Of a DNA stretch of 64,000 bases, positions 20,929 to 30,114 are shown in pieces. Made by a program: the position numbers and the translations under genes. Origin of the DNA: an uncultured Candidatus Binatia bacterium (GTDB taxonomy: Bacteria; Desulfobacterota; Binatia; UBA9968; JAJDTQ01). The stretch is taken from positions 3,488,001 through 3,552,000 of the forward strand of contig OZ251459.1 of assembly GCA_965242525.1 (NCBI GenBank), in the 5' to 3' direction. The notes under the pieces are model-generated. The model ran no database searches. It had not been told where the DNA came from and was given only the letters and a program-made list of their open reading frames with translations. Position 1 is the stretch's first letter. Each line of letters starts with the position of its first letter.

Positions 20929-21327
20929 TGGACCTCCCCCCTTTCATGGCGGCGGCGTGCAGCAAAGGAGATAACGGGGATACTGCATGCCCCGGTAATG
21001 GAGGACCGCACGCCGCCCGCTACAACGTCGAGGCTCCAACCCGACACTACGACCTTCCGCCCGTCCTGTCAATCCCTCTCCCCAAATCCACCACCCAATG
21101 TCCCCGACCCCCCTTTTCTCTTCCCGGTACTGGATTCCCAACGGTCCTTGCCTCATAATACTTGCACCTCGTTGGTGATGGCTCTTCTCTTTTTCAACTC
21201 CATCCTGACCCGCTCCACCGCGGGCGCCACCGAGGTGCTCCCCTTTGGTGGTGGGTCCGGGGCTCCGGCGCAGCGTAAGCCCGCGCATGGCCGGCGCGCC
21301 CGCAGCGGCGTGGGTCGAAGGAGTGGG

Positions 21328-21876
21328 ATGAAGCGCATCTGTGTCTTTTCGGGGTCCAGCACGGGCGCTCTCGACGACTATTCGCAGACCGCGGCGTCGC
21401 TGGGCCGCGAGCTCGCCCGGCGGGGCATCGGGGTGGTTTACGGCGGCGCCTCCGTGGGGCTGATGGGGTGCGTGGCCGACGCGGCCCTGGACGCGGGCGG
21501 CGAAGTCATCGGCGTCATCCCCGAGGCCATGGCGGTGGACCGCCTGATGCATTCGGGGCTGACCGAGCTTCGGGTGGTGGCCTCCATGCACCAGCGCAAG
21601 GCCATGATGGAGCGGCTGTCGGACGGTTTCATCGCCCTGCCGGGGGGCTACGGCACGCTGGAGGAGCTGGCGGAGATGATCACGTGGCTGCAACTCGGCA
21701 TCCACTCCAAACCCTGCGGCGTGCTCAACGTCAGGGACTACTATGGCCACCTGGTCCGCTTCCTCGACCACGCGGTGGAGCACGGGTTCCTCAAGCGGAA
21801 GCACCGCGACAAGCTCCTCGTGGCCGACAGCGCGGACGCCATGGTGGACGCGCTCCACCGCTTCCCGCGGTCTTGA
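21328..21876 (+). CDS. LOG family nucleotide 5'-monophosphate nucleosidase (TIGR00730-type)
   Basis: RICVFSGS, VYGGASVGLMG, MHQRKAMM and LPGGYGTLEE motifs. Confidence 0.93.
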   Translation: MKRICVFSGSSTGALDDYSQTAASLGRELARRGIGVVYGGASVGLMGCVADAALDAGGEVIGVIPEAMAVDRLMHSGLTELRVVASMHQRKAMMERLSDGFIALPGGYGTLEELAEMITWLQLGIHSKPCGVLNVRDYYGHLVRFLDHAVEHGFLKRKHRDKLLVADSADAMVDALHRFPRS

Positions 21877-21895
21877 CGCGCCTGCGGCCGAGGGC

Positions 21896-23395
21896 TCACC
21901 GACGGGTCCGGGCGAACCCCCTGCGCGCCGCCGCGGCCAAGGCCGCCAGCGTCATCACCCAGGCGAACCAGTCGCCGTAGCGCACGTACAGGGTCCCGGT
22001 CTCCATCAGGGGCACGGCGGCGGTCAGCACTCCCTCCGAGAAGAGCGGCAGCGGCTCGGACATGCGGCCGGCGGGGTCGATGACCGTAGTGACGCCGGTG
22101 TTGGTGGAACGGACCAGGGCCCGGCGGGTCTCGATGGCGCGCCACCGCGCCAGCCGCGCGTGCTGCCACGGCGCCGCGCTGCGGCCGTACCAGGCGTCGT
22201 TGGTCAGGTTCACGAGCAGGTTCGCCCGCTCGTTCCCGACGAAGCGGCGCGACAACGCCGGCATCAGGTCCTCGTAGCAGATGAGGGGCGCCACGCGCGC
22301 GCCTCCCGGCAGCGCGAAGGCGCTCTCGATGGCCCCCGGGGTGAAGCCCTCGCCGATGGGCGGCATGCCCGGCAGGTCGCCGAGGAGCCACGCCAGGGGG
22401 ATGTACTCGCCGAAGGCCAGAAGCACCCGCTTGTGGTAGCGGCCCAGCACGCCCCCGTCGGGGTCCACCGCGAAGGCGCTGTTGTAGGTGCGGGTGCGGC
22501 CCCCCGGCTCCCGCCGGTAGCTGACGGCGCCCACGATCATGTGGGGATGGCGCGCCGGCAGGATCCCCTGCGGGATCTTCCCGGCGTTCTCCGGCACCCA
22601 CTGCTCCACCGCGGACTCGGGCCAGATGACCAGGTCTGCGTTGCGGTTCCTCTCCGAGAGGTCCCGGTAGGTCTGGAGGTTGGTCTCGAGGAACGCGGCC
22701 TTGCCCTTCCGCTTGATGTCGATGTTCCCCTGCACCACCGCCACGTGGAGCTTCTCAGCGGCGCTTGCGGCCGCGGTGACCTGCTGGAGCCGCACTTGGC
22801 CGTACGCCAGGGCCGCCGCCAGGAGCGCGCAGGACGCGGCCCCGGCGCGGACCGCGGACCGGAGGTCGCCGTCCCCCCGCCAAGCGCGAAGGAACCGGTA
22901 GAGGGCGGCGCCGCACCACAGCAACACGAACGTGGTCCCGTAGTGGCCCACGAGGTCCGCGGACTGGTTGAGCGAGGTGAACAGGGTCTGGCTGGTGGCG
23001 AGATACCAGGGGAAGAGGTTGGGGAACCAGAACTCCAGCGCCACCCAGAACACCGGCGGGAACAGCCCCAGGGGACCCAGCCCGCACAGGCGCACCAGGC
23101 CCGCCAACGCAACGAAAGGCAGGGCCGAGTAAACGGTGAAGAGGACGAACGCCGCGGCCGCCAGTGCATAGTTCACTCCGCCGAACACGTGGATGGTATA
23201 GACCAGCCAGTGGAACCCCAGGGCGATGGTGCCCAGCCCGGTGAGGGCGCCTGCCCGGAGCGCCTGCCGCCAGTCCCGGGCGCCCTCCACCGCGGCCAGG
23301 AAGGGCGCCGGCGCGAGCCAAGCCAGCGGGAAGAGGACCGGCCACAGGAACGGGAGGGCGATGAACGCTGCGGCGAGGAGGGGCCACGGAGACAT
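21896..23395 (-). CDS. lnt: Apolipoprotein N-acyltransferase
   Basis: Multiple TM helices; VQGNI, IWPES, YHKRVLLAFGEY, ICYED, TNDAWYG, RAIE. Confidence 0.95.
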   Translation of the reverse strand: MSPWPLLAAAFIALPFLWPVLFPLAWLAPAPFLAAVEGARDWRQALRAGALTGLGTIALGFHWLVYTIHVFGGVNYALAAAAFVLFTVYSALPFVALAGLVRLCGLGPLGLFPPVFWVALEFWFPNLFPWYLATSQTLFTSLNQSADLVGHYGTTFVLLWCGAALYRFLRAWRGDGDLRSAVRAGAASCALLAAALAYGQVRLQQVTAAASAAEKLHVAVVQGNIDIKRKGKAAFLETNLQTYRDLSERNRNADLVIWPESAVEQWVPENAGKIPQGILPARHPHMIVGAVSYRREPGGRTRTYNSAFAVDPDGGVLGRYHKRVLLAFGEYIPLAWLLGDLPGMPPIGEGFTPGAIESAFALPGGARVAPLICYEDLMPALSRRFVGNERANLLVNLTNDAWYGRSAAPWQHARLARWRAIETRRALVRSTNTGVTTVIDPAGRMSEPLPLFSEGVLTAAVPLMETGTLYVRYGDWFAWVMTLAALAAAARRGFARTRR

Positions 23396-23493
23396 GAACC
23401 CGGCAGTTTACGCACCTCGGGAGCGGGCGTCAACGCGGACCGCAAACGGACCGTCGAATCCCGTTGACAGGGTAATTCCCCAACGACTAATGT

Positions 23494-23600
23494 AGGGAAC
23501 CTCTGAACGATTGCCCCCGTTCGTCCCGAGCGAAGCGAAGTCGAAGGACGCGCTTTTCCATGGGGAGAGGCGCCTCGATCCGGAATTGTTCGGAGGTTGC
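23494..23600 (-). mobile_element. MITE family A, full copy in the 5' leader of the amidohydrolase gene
   Basis: Ends AGGGAACCTCTGAACGATT and AATTGTTCGGAGGTTGC; same core; just downstream of TTGACA (23464). Confidence 0.78.
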
Positions 23601-23633
23601 GAAGGCGCGGTCGAACGGAAAGGGGGAACGGAA

Positions 23634-24665
23634 ATGGGCCAAGCATACGTGGACGCCGACGGGCACATCATGGAGCCCGAGAGCGAGATCAACGAGTTCG
23701 TGGACGACGCGTTCCTGGGCCGGGGCCGGCTGAGCTTCCGCCAGATGCTGCCGAGCCTGGACAAGTTCCATACGCCGAGGACCCGCTCCGTGGAGCAGCA
23801 GGGGACCTTCGACGCGAGCGTGGGACCCGAGCGGTGGCTCGAATTCCTGGAGAAGACCGGGATCGAGAGCTCCGTGCTCTATCCCACGGCCGGCCTCTCC
23901 TACGGCCAAGTGCACTTCCCCGAGTGGGCGGCGGCGTACGCGCGCGCCTACAACGATTGGCTGGCGGACAAGTACATGAAGTTCAGCGACCGGCTCAAGG
24001 GGGTCGCGCTGATCCCGCTCCAGGACGTGCCGGCGTCGGTGGAAGAGCTCCGCCGGGCGGTCAAGGACCTGGGCATGGTGGCCGCCATGCTTCCGTCCAA
24101 CGGCCTGGACCGGCACTTCGGCTCCGAGCAGTTCTGGCCGCTCTACGAAGAGGCCGAGAAGCTCGACTGCGCCCTTGCGGTCCACGGCGGCTGCTACGGC
24201 GACCTGGGCTTCAACTCGTTCAAGGTCTTTCCGGCCACGCGCGCGCTGGGCATGCCGTTCCCCCTGGCCATCCACATGACCGGGATGATGTCGGAAGGCG
24301 TGTTCGACCGCTTCCCGGAACTGCGGGTGGGCTTTCTCGAGGGCGGCACCTCGTGGATTCCGCTGGTGCTGGACCGGTTGAACCGCGAGGTGGAGTACGG
24401 CGGCCTGCGTCTCGACCGCGCGCCCATCGACTACTTCCGCAGCGGGCGGGTGTTCATCGGATGCGAGGGCAACGAGGACGTCCTGACCTACTGCGTCAAC
24501 CGGATCGGGCACGAGGTCTTCATGTTCTGCTCCGACTTCCCGCACGAGATCACCATGGACAACTGCATGGAGGAGATCGACGAGATCCGCGACCGGGAAG
24601 AGCTCACGGACGCGCAGAAGCAGGCGATCCTCGGGGACAACGCGCGGAACTTCTACAAGATCTGA
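23634..24665 (+). CDS. Amidohydrolase family protein (Amidohydro_2)
   Basis: VDADGHIME, SVLYPT, RAYNDWLAD, FLEGG and SDFPH motifs. Confidence 0.9.
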   Translation: MGQAYVDADGHIMEPESEINEFVDDAFLGRGRLSFRQMLPSLDKFHTPRTRSVEQQGTFDASVGPERWLEFLEKTGIESSVLYPTAGLSYGQVHFPEWAAAYARAYNDWLADKYMKFSDRLKGVALIPLQDVPASVEELRRAVKDLGMVAAMLPSNGLDRHFGSEQFWPLYEEAEKLDCALAVHGGCYGDLGFNSFKVFPATRALGMPFPLAIHMTGMMSEGVFDRFPELRVGFLEGGTSWIPLVLDRLNREVEYGGLRLDRAPIDYFRSGRVFIGCEGNEDVLTYCVNRIGHEVFMFCSDFPHEITMDNCMEEIDEIRDREELTDAQKQAILGDNARNFYKI

Positions 24666-24970
24666 TCCCACAGAAGGCCCGGCGAGGGGCGGGGGCCGCG
24701 GGACCTCCACCCCGCAGATGTCCCCGCCGGACCCGCGGCCCCCGCGCCCCGTCCCGGCGCGTCATGCCACCGCCGCTTGACGTCCCCGGACCGAAGGGTT
24801 ACCATAGGGATGTCCCAATGGGGCAGACCCCATCGTAAGTCTCACCTTGCGAAGCCTACTCGAAGGAACGACCGACCGAGACCGTGGTTCAGAACGAGAT
24901 CTTGCCATGTCCGACTCCTTTTGAAGTTCGCGCCCAGGGTGTATGGCCATAACCTCCAGGAGGAGAACAC

Positions 24971-25249
24971 ATGGAAGGCAGGAAACTCTACGTCGGCGGG
25001 TTGCCGTACTCGACCACGGACATGCAGCTCACCCAGATCTTTTCGGAACACGGCAACGTCGAGTCCGCCCAGGTGATCATCGACAAGTTCACGGGCCGCT
25101 CCCGGGGCTTCGGCTTCGTGGAAATGGGATCTTCGGACGAGGCGGAGGCCGCGGTCAGCGCCCTCAACGAGACCCAGCTCGAAGGACGCACCATTACCGT
25201 CAACGAGGCCCGACCCCAGCGCCGGGACTTCGGCGGCGGCCGCCGCTAG
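24971..25249 (+). CDS. RRM-domain RNA-binding protein
   Basis: RNP2 KLYVGGL, RNP1 RGFGFVEM, VNEARP; RBS AGGAGG; candidate promoter TTGACG-17-TACCAT at 24777-24805. Confidence 0.95.
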   Translation: MEGRKLYVGGLPYSTTDMQLTQIFSEHGNVESAQVIIDKFTGRSRGFGFVEMGSSDEAEAAVSALNETQLEGRTITVNEARPQRRDFGGGRR

Positions 25250-25443
25250 CGGGCGCGGGACGCGCGTCCCGCCACAGCCAGTTCGGTCCATCTCGTCACG
25301 ACGGGGCGCAGGGTCGGTCGCCCCTCGCATGACCGCAAGCCGCGGGGCGTCCGCGTCCCGCGGCCCGGTTCCACCCTTCCGCGGCGTGGACGGCTCCACG
25401 CGCGCCGTCCCATCTTGACATCGGTTTCCGGTCAACCTTATAT

Positions 25444-25544
25444 GGGAACCTCTGGACGATCGAGACATGCTAGGAGGGATGCCCCCATCCCGGCATTCCT
25501 GTCCCCGTTCGTCCCGAGCGCAGCGAAGCGGAGTCGAAGGACGC
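25444..25544 (-). mobile_element. MITE family A copy (one end retained)
   Basis: GGGAACCTCTGGACGATC end plus core CCCCGTTCGTCCCGAGCGCAGCGAAGCGGAGTCGAAGGACGC. Confidence 0.7.
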
Positions 25545-25572
25545 TCCGGGCCGGAGCGAAAGGAGATGCGAG

Positions 25573-26694
25573 ATGGCCACAGGCGACGCGTTCGGCACGG
25601 CCAGCCACATCAGGCAGGTGGCCCGCATGGACCTGCCCGGGGGCGGCAAGATCGAGGTCGACAGGGGCTTCGCCTACGTGGGGCACATGGACCCGCCCCA
25701 GGGCACCTCGGTCATCGACGTGCGCGACCCCAGGAACCCCAGGCTCGTGGCCCGGCTCGACGTGCCCAAGGGCATCCACTCGCACAAGGCCGCGGTGCGC
25801 GACGGGGTGATGATCGTCAACTACGAGCGCTACGAGAACGAGGCCGAGGCCCAGGGGGGCCTCAAGGTGTTCGACGTCTCGGACCCGGCCAAACCCCGTG
25901 AGGTGTCGTTCTTCGAGGCTGCGGCCAAGGGCGTCCACCGCTTCACCTTCGACGGCCGCTACGCCTACTTCTCGCCCGTGATGGAAGGATACGTGGGCAA
26001 CATCGCCATGATCCTGGACTTGGCGGACCCCGCCAACCCGCAGGAAGTGGGCCGGTGGTGGATGCCGGGGCAGTGGGTGGGCGGCGGCGAGGAGCCCGCG
26101 TGGCCCGGCACCCTGCACCGATGCCACCACCCCATCCGCCGGGGCGACCGCCTCTACGTGAGCTACTGGCACGGCGGCTTCGTGATCCTGGACATCTCCG
26201 ACATGGGCCGGCCCCGGCTCGTGAGCCATCTCGACTGGAGCCCGCCCTATCCTTCGCCCACGCACACGACCCTGCCCATGCCCGAGAAGCTCATGGGCCG
26301 GGACATCCTCGTGGTCACCGACGAGGAAGCCCAGAAGGCCGCGCCCCTGCCCTACGCCTTCATGTGGGTGGTGGACATCACGGACGAGACCCGTCCCGTG
26401 CCCATCTCCACGTTCATGCCGCCCGCCAACGGCGAACCCGCGGGCCGCTACGGCGCGCACCAGCCCGCGGAGCAGGTCCATGGCAACGTCCTCTACGTGA
26501 CCTGGTTCAGCGGCGGCCTGCGCGCGGTGGACGTGTCGAACCCGTACCGGCCCCGGGAGGTGGGCCATTACGTGCCCCTGCCCGGCAAGGGACAGGACAC
26601 GGTCCAGAGCAACGACGTGTTCCAGGACGAGGACGGCCTGCTGTACCTCATCGACCGGCTCGACGGGCTGGAGATCCTCGAACCCGACCTGTAG
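25573..26694 (+). CDS. LVIVD repeat (beta-propeller) protein
   Basis: Repeated G..(V/I)(I/F/L)D(V/I)SDP..P motifs, YAY, GAHQ. Confidence 0.88.
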   Translation: MATGDAFGTASHIRQVARMDLPGGGKIEVDRGFAYVGHMDPPQGTSVIDVRDPRNPRLVARLDVPKGIHSHKAAVRDGVMIVNYERYENEAEAQGGLKVFDVSDPAKPREVSFFEAAAKGVHRFTFDGRYAYFSPVMEGYVGNIAMILDLADPANPQEVGRWWMPGQWVGGGEEPAWPGTLHRCHHPIRRGDRLYVSYWHGGFVILDISDMGRPRLVSHLDWSPPYPSPTHTTLPMPEKLMGRDILVVTDEEAQKAAPLPYAFMWVVDITDETRPVPISTFMPPANGEPAGRYGAHQPAEQVHGNVLYVTWFSGGLRAVDVSNPYRPREVGHYVPLPGKGQDTVQSNDVFQDEDGLLYLIDRLDGLEILEPDL

Positions 26695-26714
26695 GTCCGG
26701 TGCGCCGCGAACCC

Positions 26715-29123
26715 ATGGCCGAACGCGACGACCGCCGCGAGCCGCCCGCGGCTCTGGGCCACCTCCGGGTGGTGGAGCTGGGGGACACGCCCGCGGCCTA
26801 CGCCGGCCGGCTACTGGCCGACCTCGGGGCCGACGTGGTCAAGGTGGAGCCGCCCTGCGGCGCTCCCGAACGAAGGCTCCCGCCCTTCGCCGAGGGCGTC
26901 GAACACGCGGAGCGGAGCCTGACCTTCCTCCACGCCAACACCAACAAGCGCAGCCTGGCGCTGGACCTCGACGCGGCCGGCGACCGGGACACGTTCACCA
27001 AGCTGTTGCTGTCCTCGGACGTACTCGTGGAGGCCACGCCCCCGGGCCGGCTGGAGTCCTGGGGGATCACCGACGGTTGGCTCCGGGAGACCCACCCGGG
27101 GCTGGTCACCGTGTCCCTGACGCCCTTCGGCCGCACCGGCCCCTACCGCGGCTACAAGGGCAGCGACGCCATCGCCAACGGCGCCGGCGGCTTCCTCTAC
27201 GGCCAGGGAGACGACCAGCGAGGGCCGTGCACCGCGCCTTCCCACCTCGCCTACCAAGTGGCGGGCTGCGCGGCCGCGGCCTTGGCCGTGGCCGCGGCGC
27301 GCCACCGGCGGCTCACGGGCGCAGGCCAGCGGGTGGACGTGTCGTTGCAGGAGGCGCTGACCTTCACCAACAGCAGCGCCATCGCGCGCTACACCCAGGA
27401 GCACCGGATGCAGCGGCGTCCCGGGGCCAAGACCTACGGCGGCGCGGTGACCAACATCTACCGCTGCAAGGACGGCCGCTACGTCCACTTCACCGCCAAC
27501 CTGCCCCACATGTGGCGCGAACTGACCCGGAACTGGATGCCCGGCACGGTCCTGTCGGAACCCGAATGGGAGGACGCGGGATACCGCGACGCCCGGAGCG
27601 ACGAAGCCTCCGCGGTGGTGGCGGAGTTCATCAGCGGTTTCACCGCGGACGAGTTCGTGGCCGAGGCCCAGCGCCGCCACCTGTCCGCGGCCCCGCTCAA
27701 CACGGTGGGGGAGTTCGTGGAGGGCGAGCAGTTGGCCGCGCGCCAGTGGCTCCAGGAGGTCGAGCACCCGGTGGTCGGCCGCTACCGGGCGCCGGGGTTC
27801 CCCATGCGGCTTTCGCGCACTCCCATGCGCGTGCGCCGCCCGGCCCCGCTGCTGGACCAGCACCGGCAGGAAGTGCTGGCCGAGTTGGAGCAGGGCCGGG
27901 ACCCCGGGCCGCCCGCGGAGCGCGCGCACGCGGACCCCGGCGACGCCATGCTCGCGGGGCTGCGCATGGCCGACCTGACCCAGCAGTTCGCCGGCCCCCT
28001 GGGCACCGCCATCCTCGGCTACTACGGCATGGAGGTGGTCAAGGTCGAGTCCAACACGGTGGCGGCCAGAGGCCGGAGCGGCGCCGCCCACGCCGACATG
28101 AACCGGGCCAAGCTCGGCTGCACCCTGAACCTGCGGCACCCCCGGGGCAAGGACCTCTTCCGGCGCTTGGTGGAACGGTCCCAGGTGGTGGTGGAGAACT
28201 TCAGCGTGGGGGTCATGGAGCGGCTCGGGTTCGACTACGAGTCGTTGCGGCAGGTGAACCCCGGCGTCATCCAGGTGTCCATGCCCGGCTGGGGCCGGGA
28301 AGGGCCGCTGCGCTCGTGGGTGGCCTGGGGCTGGCAACTCCTGGCCTACACCGGGCTCATGCGCCTGTGGGGCTACCCCGACTCGCCCATGCGCGCCCGC
28401 TGCAAGATCGCCTGGCCGGATCGGGTGGGCGCGGTCACCATGGCCCTGGGGGTGGCCGCCGCGGTGGAGCACCGGGAGCGCACCGGAGAGGGGCAGTTCA
28501 TCGAGGCCGCAATGCTGGAGGCCCAGGGCGCCATGATGGGACCCGCCATCCTGGACTATACGGTGAACGGCAACGAGTGGGAGACCCTGGGCTACCGGGA
28601 GACCCTGGGACATCCCTACGCCCCCTACGGCTGCTACCCCTGCGCCGGGAACGACGACTGGATCATCATCGCCTGCGAGACCGAGGAGGAGTGGCAGGCC
28701 ATGGTCCGGGTCATCGGCCCCGGATCATGGGCCGGCGACCCGCGCTTCGGGGACCGGGAAGGACGGCGGGAACACCGGGAGGCGCTGGACGGGAAGCTCT
28801 CGGAGTGGACCCGGACCCAGACCGCGCGCCAAGCCTTTCGTCGCCTGCAGGAGGCGGGCGTGGCCGCGGGCGTCCCCATGTCCGGCGAGGACCTCTACTA
28901 CGACCTCCACCTGCGCGAGCGCGGCCACGTGGTGGAGATCGACGAGCCTCCCTGGGGCCGGGTGGGCCACCACGGACTGCCCGGCATCCCGTCCCGCTCG
29001 CGGGCGAGCGCCGCGGCGCCGGCGCCGTGGATCGGCGCGCACAACGATTACGTGCTGGGCCAAGTGCTGGGGTTGAGCGCGGAGGAGATCGCCGCGCTGG
29101 AGGAAGCCGAAGCCGTCAAGTAG
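26715..29123 (+). CDS. Two-domain family III CoA-transferase (CaiB/BaiF)
   Basis: Two tandem CaiB domains: LADLGADVVKVEPP/NTNKRS and YYGMEVVKVES/NRAK/VVVENFS. Confidence 0.9.
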   Translation: MAERDDRREPPAALGHLRVVELGDTPAAYAGRLLADLGADVVKVEPPCGAPERRLPPFAEGVEHAERSLTFLHANTNKRSLALDLDAAGDRDTFTKLLLSSDVLVEATPPGRLESWGITDGWLRETHPGLVTVSLTPFGRTGPYRGYKGSDAIANGAGGFLYGQGDDQRGPCTAPSHLAYQVAGCAAAALAVAAARHRRLTGAGQRVDVSLQEALTFTNSSAIARYTQEHRMQRRPGAKTYGGAVTNIYRCKDGRYVHFTANLPHMWRELTRNWMPGTVLSEPEWEDAGYRDARSDEASAVVAEFISGFTADEFVAEAQRRHLSAAPLNTVGEFVEGEQLAARQWLQEVEHPVVGRYRAPGFPMRLSRTPMRVRRPAPLLDQHRQEVLAELEQGRDPGPPAERAHADPGDAMLAGLRMADLTQQFAGPLGTAILGYYGMEVVKVESNTVAARGRSGAAHADMNRAKLGCTLNLRHPRGKDLFRRLVERSQVVVENFSVGVMERLGFDYESLRQVNPGVIQVSMPGWGREGPLRSWVAWGWQLLAYTGLMRLWGYPDSPMRARCKIAWPDRVGAVTMALGVAAAVEHRERTGEGQFIEAAMLEAQGAMMGPAILDYTVNGNEWETLGYRETLGHPYAPYGCYPCAGNDDWIIIACETEEEWQAMVRVIGPGSWAGDPRFGDREGRREHREALDGKLSEWTRTQTARQAFRRLQEAGVAAGVPMSGEDLYYDLHLRERGHVVEIDEPPWGRVGHHGLPGIPSRSRASAAAPAPWIGAHNDYVLGQVLGLSAEEIAALEEAEAVK

Positions 29124-29204
29124 CCCGCAGGCAGGGCGTGGATGGCGTGGATCCTGCGGGGTGCGGCCCCTGCGTCTTCCGGACCCCCTCCGCTAATTCC
29201 TGCG

Positions 29205-30089
29205 TCACTCCTCCCGGGAACGGGGGCCGAAGGGCTCGGGCCGGAACGGCCGGTCGCGGGCCTCGAAGAAAGCGCGCAGCCCGCCCCGTTTCCGGGCTTC
29301 CTCCAACCGCTTGTTGAACTCTTCCCGCTTGGTGAGCCGCGCCATGGCGCTCAGCTCCGCGTTGAGCAGCCACGCCTTGTGGAGTCCCATCATCTCCAGC
29401 CCCTGGGTGGCGATGGCGAGGTTGATCTTGACCGTCTCCGGCGGCACCAGCGCCACCCGCTCGACCATGCGGAAGCACTCCTCCAGCAGATCCTCCCGGG
29501 GCGCCACCTCGTTGACCAGGCCGATGCGGAGCGCCTCCCGGGCGTCCACGTGGTCGCCGGTGAGGGCGTAGCGCAGGGCGTTCTTGGGGCCGGCCAGCAT
29601 CACCCAGACGAAGTCCGTGCCCGCGGCGTGCCGCACCTGCGGCTGGCCGAACACCGCGTCGTCCGCGGCAACCGTGAGGTGGCAGGTGAGGGCCAGCCAG
29701 GAAGCGGCCCCGAGGCACCAGCCGTTGACCGCGCCGATGATGGGCTTGGGGTACTCCCAGCGGTAGAGCCGGCGCCGCAGCATCTCCTCCCGGTCCCGGT
29801 CCCGGAGCTGGTCGAACTCCCGGTACAGGGGCACGCCCTCCGGCAGGGCCTGGGGCCAGACGGTGTCGGGGGCGCCTTCCCGGGACATGTCCTCGCCCGC
29901 GGAGAAACAGTCGCCCGCGCCGGTGAGGACCACTCCCCTCACTTCGGGGTCCTCCCTGGCCTCGGCCAGGGCTGCGTCGAGCTCCGCCAGCAGCGCCGGG
30001 TTCAGGGCGTTGCGCCGTTCCGGACGGTTGAGGGTGACGAGCGCGCCGCAGCGCCGCTTTTCGTAGAGGATGTTCCGATAGGTGGACAT
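29205..30089 (-). CDS. Enoyl-CoA hydratase/isomerase (crotonase) family protein
   Basis: TLNRPERRNAL, FSAGED, KPIIGAVNG, EALRIGLVNEV. Confidence 0.9.
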   Translation of the reverse strand: MSTYRNILYEKRRCGALVTLNRPERRNALNPALLAELDAALAEAREDPEVRGVVLTGAGDCFSAGEDMSREGAPDTVWPQALPEGVPLYREFDQLRDRDREEMLRRRLYRWEYPKPIIGAVNGWCLGAASWLALTCHLTVAADDAVFGQPQVRHAAGTDFVWVMLAGPKNALRYALTGDHVDAREALRIGLVNEVAPREDLLEECFRMVERVALVPPETVKINLAIATQGLEMMGLHKAWLLNAELSAMARLTKREEFNKRLEEARKRGGLRAFFEARDRPFRPEPFGPRSREE

Positions 30090-30114
30090 GGGGTCTCCTT
30101 GCCTGGCCGCGGCG

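Noticed and set aside
21178-21327. In-frame upstream extension or leader hairpin of the LOG gene
   Set aside because: A good RBS (AAGGAG) sits before ATG 21328; no recognisable riboswitch motif
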